A stretch of 64,000 nucleotides of DNA from Squalus acanthias. Its lineage: Eukaryota. This document shows positions 50,238 through 61,179 of this stretch, piece after piece. Within the stretch, counting starts at the first letter, position 1. Every line of letters starts with the position of its first letter. The DNA lies in the NCBI GenBank assembly GCA_030390025.1, contig CM059432.1, forward strand, positions 29,018,001 through 29,082,000. The letters run 5' to 3'. The translations under genes and the position numbers were made by a program. The notes beneath the pieces are model-generated. The model worked only from the letters and a program-made list of their open reading frames with translations. It was not told the DNA's origin and ran no database searches.

Positions 50238-51217
50238 ATGGTGATTCACCAGCTGAGGAGACGGGCCCTGAAGCTGCCACTGGGAGTGATGCTGCAGCTG
50301 AGGAGGAAGAGGAAGCCGGAGCATCAGTGCCACCCTCTCCCGAGGAAGCCCATGCCCACACTGGGAACACGCCTTCCCCGGAGGGGAGCAGGGGGGAAGG
50401 GGCTGATGATGGTGAAGCTCCAGGACCCAGCGGGCTGCAGCAACGCCATGGGGGGGGTAGGGAAGAACGGGGGCCTTCTCCCCAGAGGGAGAGTATGCCA
50501 GACACTCCTAATGCAATGGACGCAGAGGAGGAGCGGCTGATTGCAGAAATGAACACCCAGGCGGTGGGCATGCACACTGAGCTCATGGGTGCAGTGGGAA
50601 GGGTGCCCGATTGCATTGAGTCACTGGCAAGGAGTGTGGAGCACTTCGCTGTAGCACAGGCGGATGCCACACTAACGCTTAGTGCTGCAATTCAGTCACT
50701 GGCTGCCGTGATCCCACCTCTGACTGCTCTCATACAGACTCAGATGGAGGCCACGCGAGCACAGACTGCTGCCAACCTCGATGGTTCGTGCACATGTCCC
50801 CGGGGCTGTCACCGCGCCGCAGCAGGCCAGCAATCTGTTCTCCGGCAAATTGCTCCGGATGCTGAAGTGCTGCCCCGTGGGAGTGCCAGTGTGTCGGGCG
50901 AGCAGGGAGTTGCTGGCCTCTCTCACGATGACAGCATTCCTGCTGCCAACACTGTCACTTCTCCACTGCACTTGCCACCGCCTGTAGGACAGACTGCTGC
51001 CGCCCATGCAGAGTTGGTGCAGTCTGCAGCCGGGCCCTCCAGGCCCAGAAGTGGTCGAGGCCGTCCTTCAGGGGCATCTGCAGTGTCAGGGTCTGACGAG
51101 CAGCAGCCTTCCACCAGCCTTGCTGCAGCCACTGAGGTCCCATTACGGAGGAGCAGTAGGGTTAGAAGGGGGGAAGTGCGCAAGGGAAGGAGATCACCCT
51201 CGAAGGGCAAAAAGTAG
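50238..51217 (+). CDS. Harbinger Myb/SANT-like partner, exon 3 (acidic linker, Ala-rich helical region, basic tail)
   Basis: Acceptor ccctgctttcag|; the phase-1 join keeps the 50327-51217 frame; spliced CDS 1380 nt = 459 aa plus stop. Confidence 0.8.
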
Positions 51218-51511
51218 GAGGTGTGCCAAAATGCTGGTCATTTTTTTATTAAAGGCCGAGGTTCATGGTCCAACTTTTGTTTCGTGTTTTGGACATTATC
51301 TCCAGGTTGTGAGAACCAGTTATGTTATTGACTGTTTTTTTGTGTTTATTTCTATGAGTTTGTCATGAGGAATTGACACACACAGAGTTTGTAAAATAAA
51401 TAAGTTTCTGTATTCAAAATATACATGGCTGGTGGTTGGAATTATTGGTGCCTTGGCCGGCTTAGGGGTTGCGTGCTGGGTTGATTAGTGTTTGTAGCAA
51501 TGGCAGGGGCC

Positions 51512-52672
51512 CTAGAAGCGGCTTGCTATTAGTCGTTGACGGACGGCCCTTGCAGTTTGACCATTGTGGGCCGCCCTCCTGCCTTGGTGCTGCTGATGAT
51601 CATCGTCCTCGTCCTCTTCCTCCTCTTCCTCCTCCTCCTCTGGTGGTGCTACAAGGCCTGGTGGCATTGGCTGGGTCCTGAGGATTGCCATGTTGTGCAA
51701 CATGCAGCACACGACTACGAAGTTCGAAACTTGCTCAGGCGAGTACTGCAGGGCTCCTCCGGAATGGTCCAGACAGCGGAACCGTTGTTTCAGCACGCCG
51801 ATTGTGCGCTCAATAATGTTCCTGGTTGCTTGATGGCTTTCATTGTACCGCAGCTCAGCACGGGTGTTTGGCGTACGGAGCGGTGTCATCAGCCAGGTGC
51901 TCAATGCGTACCCCTTGTCCCCCAGAAGCCAATCAACTGGCTGATGCGGTGCCTCGAAAACTTCTGCCACAGTAGTCTGGCGCAGGATGAAAGCATCGTG
52001 GCAGCTGCCCGGATAGTGGGCATTGACAGCGAGTATCACCTGTCTGTGGTCACAGACCAACTGCACATTCAAGGAATGGAACCCCTTTCTGTTCCTGAAT
52101 TCCTCTGCATTCTCTCGCGGAGCACGCAAAGCCACATGCGTGCAGTCAATGGCGCCCTGCACCATGGGGAATCCTGCTACCCTCGCAAAGCCCAGAGCAC
52201 GGTCACGCTGCTTGTCTGGGGTCATAGGGAAAGAGATGAAGTCTCGTCTCCTTCTGAAGAGGGCATTGGTGACCTGCCAGATGCAGCAATGCACCGCAAA
52301 CTGGGAGATATTGGCGAGGTCCCCAACAGCAGCTTGGAATGAGCCAGTGGCGTAGAAGTTCAAAGCCACTGTGACCTTCACTGCCACCGACAGAGACGTC
52401 CTGGACCTCAGCTGAGGCTGCAGATCTGGCTGCAGCAGGTGGCAGAGCTCAGTGACCACCTCCTTGCTGAATCGCAGCCTTCGCAAACATAGCTCCTCGG
52501 ACATATGGATGTAGGAGAGCTGTTCACGATATACCCTGGGAGGGTAAGCTCTCCTGTACATGCGCCTGATGGCCCTCCTCCGTCTGGCCATCATTGCCAC
52601 TCTCTGTCTGCGTCTCAGTATCCTCCGATTCAGCTGGAGCAGGACGACGCCCCCAATCATTGCAGCCCCCAT
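51512..52672 (-). CDS. Harbinger DDE transposase (HARBI1-like), intact 386 aa
   Basis: HTH-like region, GAIDCTH, YPGSCHDA, LLGDKGY, IERTIG.LKQRFRCL, CCMLHN, acidic tail. Confidence 0.96.
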   Translation of the reverse strand: MGAAMIGGVVLLQLNRRILRRRQRVAMMARRRRAIRRMYRRAYPPRVYREQLSYIHMSEELCLRRLRFSKEVVTELCHLLQPDLQPQLRSRTSLSVAVKVTVALNFYATGSFQAAVGDLANISQFAVHCCIWQVTNALFRRRRDFISFPMTPDKQRDRALGFARVAGFPMVQGAIDCTHVALRAPRENAEEFRNRKGFHSLNVQLVCDHRQVILAVNAHYPGSCHDAFILRQTTVAEVFEAPHQPVDWLLGDKGYALSTWLMTPLRTPNTRAELRYNESHQATRNIIERTIGVLKQRFRCLDHSGGALQYSPEQVSNFVVVCCMLHNMAILRTQPMPPGLVAPPEEEEEEEEEDEDDDHQQHQGRRAAHNGQTARAVRQRLIASRF

Positions 52673-53185
52673 ATTCTCTTTGCCAGAAAACTAATGAGGT
52701 ACAGCAACTAAAGTAGCAACAAAGTTAGGATGAACTAGGCAAAACGACCTCACAAAGCGTTGAGTCAATGTAGAAGTCTCTCTCTCTCTCTCTCAGAATC
52801 TCTCTCTCTCTCTCAGAACGAGTGGTGCATAAATGTCGACCACAGAAAAAGACAGGAAGAGGCCCCCTTTAAATAGCGCCCCCCCCCAGCCCCACACCGA
52901 TTGATAACGTTCCAGTCTTCCGGTCGTTGGAAGCGCCAGGCGGTAAGGCAGGGGGCGCCACTCAATTTCCGCTCCGGGGCGCCCCAAGGGCGTTGCACCA
53001 TGGAATGACGTCACAATCTGCGCGCGCAGGTGGTCGCAGCGGTAAGTTTTAGAGCCGCCGCACAATCTCAAGTTAAGTTCTCGAGCGGCGCAAACAGCGC
53101 TGCGCCCGGGCGTTAGCGGCTTAACGCCCCATTAGCGCCCTCTTAAGGCGCTAACGGGAGGCGCAACCAAGTGAATTTTTACCCC

Positions 53186-53950
53186 ATAGGGTCTTAACGG
53201 CACAGAAGGAGGCCATTCGGCCCATCAAGTCCATGCCGGCTCTCTGTAGAGCAATCCAGTCATTCCCATTCCCACGCTCTATCCCCGTAGCCCTGCAAGT
53301 TTATTTCCCTCAAGTGCCTATCCAGACTCCCCTTGAAAACATTGAGTGTCTCCGTTTCCACCACTTCCGTCGGCAGCGAGTTCCAGGTCCTCACCACTCG
53401 CTGCGTAAAAAAGATTTTCCTCACCTCCCCCCTGTATCTCTTGCCCAAAACCTTAAATCTGTGTCCCCTAGTCCTTGTACAGGAAACTCTTTATTAACCG
53501 GCACCCAAATATCCGGAAATCTCTCTTAACCGGCAATATTCTTGAGTAGGTAACCGGGGTTTTCCTTCATCTCTCGTTTAAAATTAACTTTAAAAAAAAC
53601 CCCGAGGCGTTTGCCTTGTATCGGAGCATGTAGATTGGGAGGGGAATGTGCAGCCCGGGTAGGCAGCGGACACGACAGATGGTCAGCTGGCGGTCCCCGG
53701 GGAGACGGAGCTCCGAATGCAGGCGCATGTCAATGTGTACGGGGCTCTCGTACGTTGGGAGATATAACTCTCCATTATCCGGACTTTTTGATTAACCGGC
53801 ACCACGCCGGTCCCGTCGGTGCCGGTTAATAAAGAGTTTCCTGTACCATCAACTAGTGGGAACAGCCTTTCCCCATCTAGCCTATCCAAACCCGTCATAA
53901 TCTTGTACTCCTCTATCAAATCACCTGTCCTTGTAGCTTGTAGCTAAGAT
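53186..53950 (-). mobile_element. CR1 3' fragment; its (catagagt) tail lies at 49025-49036 beyond the Harbinger insertion
   Basis: FFTQRVVRTWNSLP; paralogous to 61665-62090. Confidence 0.88.
53480..53843. mobile_element. Tc1/mariner (Tigger/pogo-like) MITE
   Basis: 26-bp perfect TIR CAGGAAACTCTTTATTAACCGGCACC, TA TSD; the empty site ccttgtaccatc is present in the paralog at ~61933. Confidence 0.92.
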
Positions 53951-54343
53951 CCCCATTGAATCCCACATAGAATTACGCAGAAGTGAAAACAGGGAAACAA
54001 ACTGTTGGTGTTGGTGTTTATCCTCCACTTGGGCAGTAGTCCTAATTCCATGTTCCCACCCTGTTTTCATATTGCTTTATCCCCCTTTCCATCAAACTTA
54101 TCGAACCTATTCTTAAATGTTGACTTTGCCTTTGCTTCGATCAGTCAATCTGGTAATGCATTCCACAGCCTCACAAGTCTCTGTGTAAAAAGGTTTTGGC
54201 TGCTCTCTGTCCTAACTCTCTTACAATTAAATTTATATTATACATCTACAGGAACACAAACTACTCACCCAATATACATTATATAATGACATTATATTTT
54301 GCAATCAAAACAAAGGAAAAATGAAACCAGCTGTTTGTATAAA

Positions 54344-55300
54344 GGGCCAGGTTTTGCTGGAGCGGGGCAACTCGCAGCGTGCACCGTTAGTTAGACTTGT
54401 TCATGTACATTTACATTGAAAAAAAATTTGCCCCCAAAGTTGCTGGAAGTGCGAGCTGATAACGGTGCAGCGAGGGCAACAGGGTATCTAGGACCTTGGT
54501 GAACAACGGGACAAACAGTTTATCTCGTTAACCAATGAGATTAAAGGATTGAGAAATAAACAGAGGAAGGACTGAAAAGGAGAGTGAATTAGAGTGGGTG
54601 AATTCAATGTCAAATCAGGTACAAAAGGAGAAATAAAGAGAGGCAAAGAAAGATTGGATTAAGAGAGAGAGAAAAGTGAGACAGAAAGGCAAAGTAAAAA
54701 AATTAAAATTTGACATTTATATAATCTCCTAAAACAATTCACAACCTGAAGGAATGAGACTCCACACTTTAGTCATTTACTTTCTGTGCAAGAGAGGTTG
54801 ATTGGCATTCATTAACAATTATCACATTGTTAAAAGGGTACTTATGCTATTAATACCTTTCGACATCACTCTCCTCCTGTAAGACGCTTCTTAAAACCTT
54901 ACTCTTTGACCAAGCTTTTGGTCACCTGTCCTAATATCTCTTTATGTGGCTCAGAGTCAAATTTTGTTTGCTAACTCTCCTGTGAAGCACCTTGGAATGT
55001 TTTACTATGTTAAAGGCGCTATATAAATGCAAGTTGCTGTTGTTAATTACTAGACTTAACTTTCTATGGCGAGTTTAATAGGCAATTAATGAGCAAATGT
55101 GGCAACTTCATGACAATCATGGGGAGGTTAAGCACGAGTTACCATTTTTGCGAAGCTAATAGCAGAGAGGCGCAAATCAGACAGTAACTTGTAGCAATTT
55201 GCAATTCACCGGCTGTCTCTTCCTCGCTACAAATTGCTGGCTGATTTGCGCATTAATAATTACGTGCGTCATTCATAATTTTTTCAGCAAAATGTAACCC
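54344..55300. mobile_element. Harbinger-type non-autonomous element with a nested L2 tail (~54857-55043)
   Basis: TIRs GGGCCAGGTTTTGCTG / CAGCAAAATGTAACCC, TSD AAA. Confidence 0.7.
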
Positions 55301-56054
55301 AAAGTATTTTTTTTACACTGCTAATCTTCTTTTCCAGGCTGTGTTGATTCTATCCAACCCCAGACACGCAAATAAGCCAGACAGGCAAACCCTTCTTTGG
55401 TATCTGTTCTGTCTCTGTCTGGTCTGTTTATACGGAAGTGAAATGTTTACCACTGACTGGGCTTCTTTGTTCTCAGTTATTCACTAAATTCTGTTGATTC
55501 GCTGTTTTTAATATTAATCTGTAATTTTCAAATTGATAATTTTCCTCCCCCAAAATTGGCTGATTTCCAAATCTGCACAGTTTCTTGAAATGTTGTGATT
55601 TTTGTGAATGTCGTCAGATATTTTTCTTTCAGCTGCAAGTGGAAACTGTGTCTGTTGTGAGCTGTCTTGCTTGCTGTCATCTCCAAAAAATATAAAAATA
55701 TATTTGTAGAAAAATAAATAAAACTAGAAAAAGGAATGGGAAAAACGAAGTAATCATCAAGAGAGACTAAAGAGATCAGTCTCCATTATAATTATTCCCC
55801 CTTATCTCTCTCTTACTCTCTCTGTTTTATCAATATTACTATGGTCATTACTTCTTCAAGCTTACCTGCATTATTTGTTTTCAGATCCAAATATTCCGTC
55901 CTACACACTCATCCTCCTGCTTACATCCTCATTGTGTTGAAATCAACTATTATTGCACTCTCCCCGAAGCTAACCCATTATTTTCCTGGACCTCTAAACT
56001 GTGGAGCTCCTTACCTCCCTCAATCTTTCCTTGCCCCTATGATCTGCAAGCTTT

Positions 56055-58026
56055 ATACATAGATACATAGATACATAGAAGATAGGAGCAGGAGTAGGCC
56101 ATCCGGCCCTTCGAGCCTGCTCCGCCATTTAATGAGATCATGGCTGATCCTTCAATTCAGTATCCCGTCCCCGCCTTCTCTCCGTAACCCTTAACCCCTT
56201 TTGCCTGTAGAAATATATCTAATTCCCTCTTAAATATATTTAATGAGCTGGCGTACACTGCCCTCTGTGGCAATGAGTTCCACAGGTTCACCACTCTCTG
56301 AGTGAAGAAATTCCCCCTCATTTCTGTCCTAAATGGTTTAGCCCTTATCCTTAAATTATGTCCTCTAGTTCTGTTCTCACCCGCCAAGGGAAACATTCCT
56401 TCTGCATCTAATCTGTCTAGACCTGTCAGAATTTTATACACTTCTATGAGGTCCCCTCTCAATCTTCTAAACTCCAGTGTGTACATCCCTAAACTACATA
56501 GTCTCTCCTCATAGGTCAATCCCGCCATTCCTGGTATCAGCCTGGTGAATCGCCGCTGCACCCCCTCCATGGCAAGAACATCTTTCCTCAGATGAGGCGA
56601 CCAAAACTGTACACAGTACTCGAGGTGTGGTCTCACCAGTGCCCTGTACAGCTGCAGCAAGGTATCCCTGTTCCTGTATTCCAACCCTTTTGCTATGAAG
56701 GCCAGCATACCGTTTGCCTTCTTGACCGCCTGTTGCACCTGCATGCTCGCCTTCAGTGACTGGTGTACAAGAACACCCAGGTCTCTCTGTACTTCCCCCT
56801 CTCCCAATTTATTGCCATTTAAATAATAATTTGCCCTCCCGTTCCTGCACCCAAGGTGGATAACTTCGCACTTGTCCACATTATAGTGCATCTGCCATTT
56901 ATCCGCCCAATCACCCAGTCTGTCCAAATCGCTCTGGAGCTTCCTGGTCTCCTCCTCTGAGCCCACCCCCCCTCCTAGTTTAGTGTCGTCTGCAAATTTG
57001 GAAATGCTGCATTCGACTCCCTGATCCAGGTCATTAATATAAATTGTGAACAGCTGGGGACCCAGGACAGATCCCTGTGGTACCCCACTTGTTACTGCCT
57101 GCCATTCAGAAAATGAGCCGTTTATTCCAACTCTCTGTTTTCTATCTGACAGCCAGTTCTCTATCCACGTCAATACTTTCCCCTTTATCCCATGAGCTTC
57201 AATTTTCCATGCTAATCTTTTATGTGGGACCTTATCGAAGGCCTTTTGGAAGTCCAGGTACACCACATCTACTGGCTCTCCCCCATCTATTTTACCAGTT
57301 ACTCCCTCAAAAAATTCCAATAGATTAGTCAAGCACGATTTACCCTTTGTAAATCCATGTTGACTCTGTCCTATCCTGTCCCCATTTGCTAAGTGCTCGG
57401 CTATTTCATCCTTAATGATGGACTCCAGCATTTTGCCCACAACTGATGTAAGGCTTACAGGTCTGTAATTACCTGCTTTTTCCCTACCCTCCTTTTTGAA
57501 TAGTGGGGTAACGTTAGCTACCCTCCAATCCATGGGCACTGTTCCCGAGTCTAATGAATTCTGAAAAATCATGCTTAGTGCATCCGCTATCTCTCGGGCC
57601 ACCTCCTTCAGTACCCTAGGATGCATGTTATCAGGCCCTGGGGATTTGTCCGGCTTCAATCCCTTTAGCTTCCTTAACACCATATCCTTAGAGATATTGA
57701 TTTGCGTCAGTTCCTCCTTTGCCAATGTCCCTATTTTTCCCGATATCCCAGGGAGGTTTTTTGTGTCTTCCTTCGTAAAGACTGACCCAAAGTATGCATT
57801 TAGTTGGTCTGCCATTTCCTTATTTCCCATTATATATTCCCCCGTATCTGACTGCAATGGACCAACTTTGGTTTTCACCAGTCTTTTCCTCTTGATATAC
57901 TTATAAAAGCTTTTGGAGTTAGTTTTTATATTTTCCGCCAGCTTGCTTTCGTAAGCTATTTTGCCCTTCTTGATTAAGCCCTTTGCCCTCCTTTGCTCTA
58001 TCTTAAACTGTTCCCAATGTTCCCAA
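56055..58026 (-). mobile_element. Young 5'-truncated CR1 LINE
   Basis: (ATACATAG)3 tail, 3' UTR, uninterrupted RT frame. Confidence 0.95.
56157..57878 (-). CDS. CR1 ORF2 reverse transcriptase (open 573-aa fragment)
   Basis: NYRPVSLTS, QHGF, DFQKAFDKVPH, GVPQGSVLGP, FADDTK, LVRPHLEYC. Confidence 0.92.
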   Translation of the reverse strand: MKTKVGPLQSDTGEYIMGNKEMADQLNAYFGSVFTKEDTKNLPGISGKIGTLAKEELTQINISKDMVLRKLKGLKPDKSPGPDNMHPRVLKEVAREIADALSMIFQNSLDSGTVPMDWRVANVTPLFKKEGREKAGNYRPVSLTSVVGKMLESIIKDEIAEHLANGDRIGQSQHGFTKGKSCLTNLLEFFEGVTGKIDGGEPVDVVYLDFQKAFDKVPHKRLAWKIEAHGIKGKVLTWIENWLSDRKQRVGINGSFSEWQAVTSGVPQGSVLGPQLFTIYINDLDQGVECSISKFADDTKLGGGVGSEEETRKLQSDLDRLGDWADKWQMHYNVDKCEVIHLGCRNGRANYYLNGNKLGEGEVQRDLGVLVHQSLKASMQVQQAVKKANGMLAFIAKGLEYRNRDTLLQLYRALVRPHLEYCVQFWSPHLRKDVLAMEGVQRRFTRLIPGMAGLTYEERLCSLGMYTLEFRRLRGDLIEVYKILTGLDRLDAEGMFPLAGENRTRGHNLRIRAKPFRTEMRGNFFTQRVVNLWNSLPQRAVYASSLNIFKRELDIFLQAKGVKGYGEKAGTGY

Positions 58027-58151
58027 AAACCTAATCTTGGTGTTATCTAATCACTCAATCTTTATTGTCTTGTCTTCGTTTTTATTCCTTTCCACTTTGG
58101 GCCTTGCCTTTTTTTTTGGTCAGCCAGATGTCTAAAATGTGGAGAAACCCA

Positions 58152-58892
58152 GGGCTAGAAATTCGGTGCATTTCTGCCTCTCGTAAGCGCCCCCGGAGGA
58201 GGCGTTAATCTGGTGCAAACGACTTTTCGCCCAGGCGTGGCACCACTAACGACTCCCGCTAAATTCAGCGGGAATTTAGCGGCAGTGGTAACCGGTAGCG
58301 CCCCGCTCCGCTGCGCAGGCAATAACGACGTCATCACCGTGTGCAGCGTTCCGTTTTCACCCCACCTACAAAATTGGCCCGCGCCCCCTGAATCTGTGCT
58401 GGGCAATGACGGCGACTGATTCAGAGGGCGGGAACGGAATGGCAGGATGCCCGCGGGGCGGTAAGTAAAGGGAGGTGGCGGGCGGGGAAAAAGAAATCGG
58501 CCGACTTACTTGTCATGGCCCATTGCTTCTTTGAACGTGGGGTCCATCTTGTGTGCCGGGCTGCTGGCATGGCACCCCGCTCCCCGGTGGTCCAGGTAGG
58601 GTCCCGCAGAGTTGTGGGTTTGGGCCCTCCCCTTTAATGAGGGGAAGAGCCCTTCCATGCGGCAGCGCTACGTGGCCCAGTTCATAGCACTGCAGAATGC
58701 TCCGATATTCGGGGCTGGGCTAGTGCTCTAAGAAGGAAGTGGAGTGCTTGAATTAGCACTCCACCTCCCTCTTGGGGCGCTAAAACCGAATTTACTGGTT
58801 GCCGACACTATTTTTTGCCTGGTGCTAAATTTAGCACCCAAGCGATGTTAGCAACCCAAAATGGACGCTAGTGAATTCCACCCCCCCCCCCC
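58152..58892. mobile_element. Harbinger-family MITE
   Basis: GGGCTAGAAATT start, AATTCCA-polyC end, probable TSD CCA; related to 5685-6121. Confidence 0.75.
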
Positions 58893-59909
58893 CCACTTCA
58901 TTGTCATGTTTAAGAATCTTCAAATCCAACTACGAAATACACACCGAATTTCGGTTGGCTTGAAATGACATGCACACTCCCTGTTGGAACACATCCATTT
59001 ACTTAAATCCGGAAAGCTTAACCACAGACAAGGCTTAGAGACCTCCTAGTGTGCAGGAGTTTAACCAGCTAAAACCAAGCAGCTTACCAGCACAGAACAT
59101 AAGGTAAGCTTGCCAATGCTTATCCAGCTAGAACCAACCTAGGGTACTTTCTTGCAGGTTATCTGGAGCTGAGTGGGGAGAATCTCAAGCCCCCAGGAAT
59201 GAGCCTACTCCTTCACATTCTATTGGTGAGCCAGGTTGCTGATCAATCATCCACAGTCCTCTGGAGTACTGTGGACCTGCATGGTTCAGATTTCAAATTT
59301 TACGAGTCCTCCACAGCAGGTTAACTTGATTCTAGACTGCCACCACGTGGAGCCAACTCAAATCCAAGGAGATTCACTTACCATCATCTCCAAGCAAGAT
59401 GGTCCTTGGCCTTTCAACATAGTTTCTAAATAGAGAACAAAAGTATGCCAAAACTTTGCTTAGCTTCATGCAGCAATGAGTTCTTCTCTTGTATTTTGTC
59501 TTTGGATTTTTAATATTAAATTTTGCCTTGTCTTTCACCCTGATTTAGTACTTTTAAAATAAAAAGTGATAAAATCTGAAATTGAGAACAACATTGCTGT
59601 TCTAATACCATAAAGAGCATTACAGAAGAGGGACACCATGGAGCCTGTTTGCCTTCTCCCCCCAAAATTATTTTACTCCAAAATGCTGTATTCCAATAAT
59701 GACCTTCCCATGGACATTAACAGGATTGCTAATCAGATACTCCTGTACCCGGTTTTGTGGGGACATCCTGTCAATCAGGAACTACTGTAATCTATTAATG
59801 GGAACATCCTGCTAATCAGGCACTCCCATAAGCTGTTAATAGAGACACTTGTTAATGATCTGTGGATGAAGCACAGAAAGCATTGATAGTGGTGGTTGAT
59901 CCGCAAGGA

Positions 59910-60185
59910 GGGTTGAGAACCAAAGGACACAGATTTAAGACAACTGGCATAAGAACCAAAGGGGGGATGAGGAGAATTTTTTCTTTACGCAGCGAGTTGT
60001 TATGATCTGGAATGCATTACCTGTGGTGGGAGTAGATTCAATAATAACTTTCAAAAGGGAACGATACATGAAAAAGCAAAATTTGCAGGGCTATGAAGAA
60101 AGCAGGGGAGTGGGACTAATTGGATCGCTCTTTCAAAGAGCCGGCACAGGTATGAATGGCTAACTTCTGTTCTGTATGATTCTAG
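59910..60185 (+). mobile_element. Old CR1 3' fragment
   Basis: agaaccaaaggacacagatttaag...tttacgcagcgagttgttatgatctggaatgcattacctg. Confidence 0.75.
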
Positions 60186-60334
60186 GATCTGCTCCTACCG
60201 TTTGAGGCAATCTATCTCAAATGAACAAGCTGTGGTACCTGACATTCATTGAAATATTTTATAGTTAATTGAGATTGGTCATTAGATGAATTATTTTGCG
60301 TATAATTCAGAAGCTCAGGATAAAAGGTTGCAAA

Positions 60335-60745
60335 AAGAGTGGCCTTCTGGCTTAGTGGGAAAATGTACTACCCAGAGAGTTTTGAACCCCACCGAAGAAA
60401 AAGAGCCCAGGTTCCATCCCTGGTCAGCGCTAAGTCAGCTGATCTCCACTGGGACGGTGACAAAGGCTCTGCAATTGACCACAGTGTCCCTGGTATGAGG
60501 GAGTGAAAAATCACCCAGCGTTCTGAATTCTGTTCGCTCTCCAGGGTTCCTGTTGTAAAGTGCACATATGTGGACACCGGATGAAAACAGTCTGTAAAAT
60601 TCCTATGATTGAATATCCACTCACTATCTGAACTCGCACATGAAGAATGGCTGAAGTATCAGAGGAAATCCAGCACCCATGGAGCTATGTTCCATCATGA
60701 GTCACCACCTTCAAGAGGAGAGGGAAGAAAATCGGAAAAGGCAAA
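60335..60745 (+). mobile_element. AmnSINE2-like SINE, degenerate
   Basis: cccaggttccatccctggtc...gctgatctc...cgcacatgaagaatggc...ttcaagaggagagggaagaaaatcgg. Confidence 0.6.
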
Positions 60746-61179
60746 CTGGAAAGAAGCCCGATCAGAACTGGCAGAAGATCTTGAATGATTGGCTTGCTTT
60801 GTATATCCAAATGCCCCCTATTTCACAGAGGATGCTTTAACATATGATCAGTTCCATGACACCTTACCTGATACAGAACAAATTAAATAAAAATATCCTA
60901 GGAACTGCAGGAAGTCCTTGAAAGTGCCTTGGAACTGGAATTATTTTATTCACGTGATTGGCAGAGGAAATGAGCAAGTCAAGATGCTCAGCATGATGAA
61001 GATATGATGTGAGCTGACGAGTATTAAAGTTAAATTGACACTTCCAAAGGAAATGCATTTTGACCATGAGCCATCCCGGGTAGAGAAGATAATGAATGCA
61101 CTCCAGTACCAGCAGGCAAGTCCTAGCTGGAAACAAGAAAGTTCCCAACAAGGTGATGAGGTACGAAAGGTGCTTTTTA

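Larger units (their letters stand above)
49037..53185 (-). mobile_element. PIF/Harbinger DNA transposon, apparently intact and autonomous (copy B)
   Basis: TIRs AGGGTAGAAATT / AATTTTTACCCC, TSD ATA; both genes are open. Confidence 0.96.

Noticed and set aside
51512..52672. Domesticated host gene HARBI1 (with NAIF1/MSANTD for the partner)
   Set aside because: It lies inside TIRs with a TSD and occurs in several copies, so it is a transposon gene.
55320..55680. Host exons after pyrimidine-rich AG acceptors
   Set aside because: No convincing donor or coding signal.
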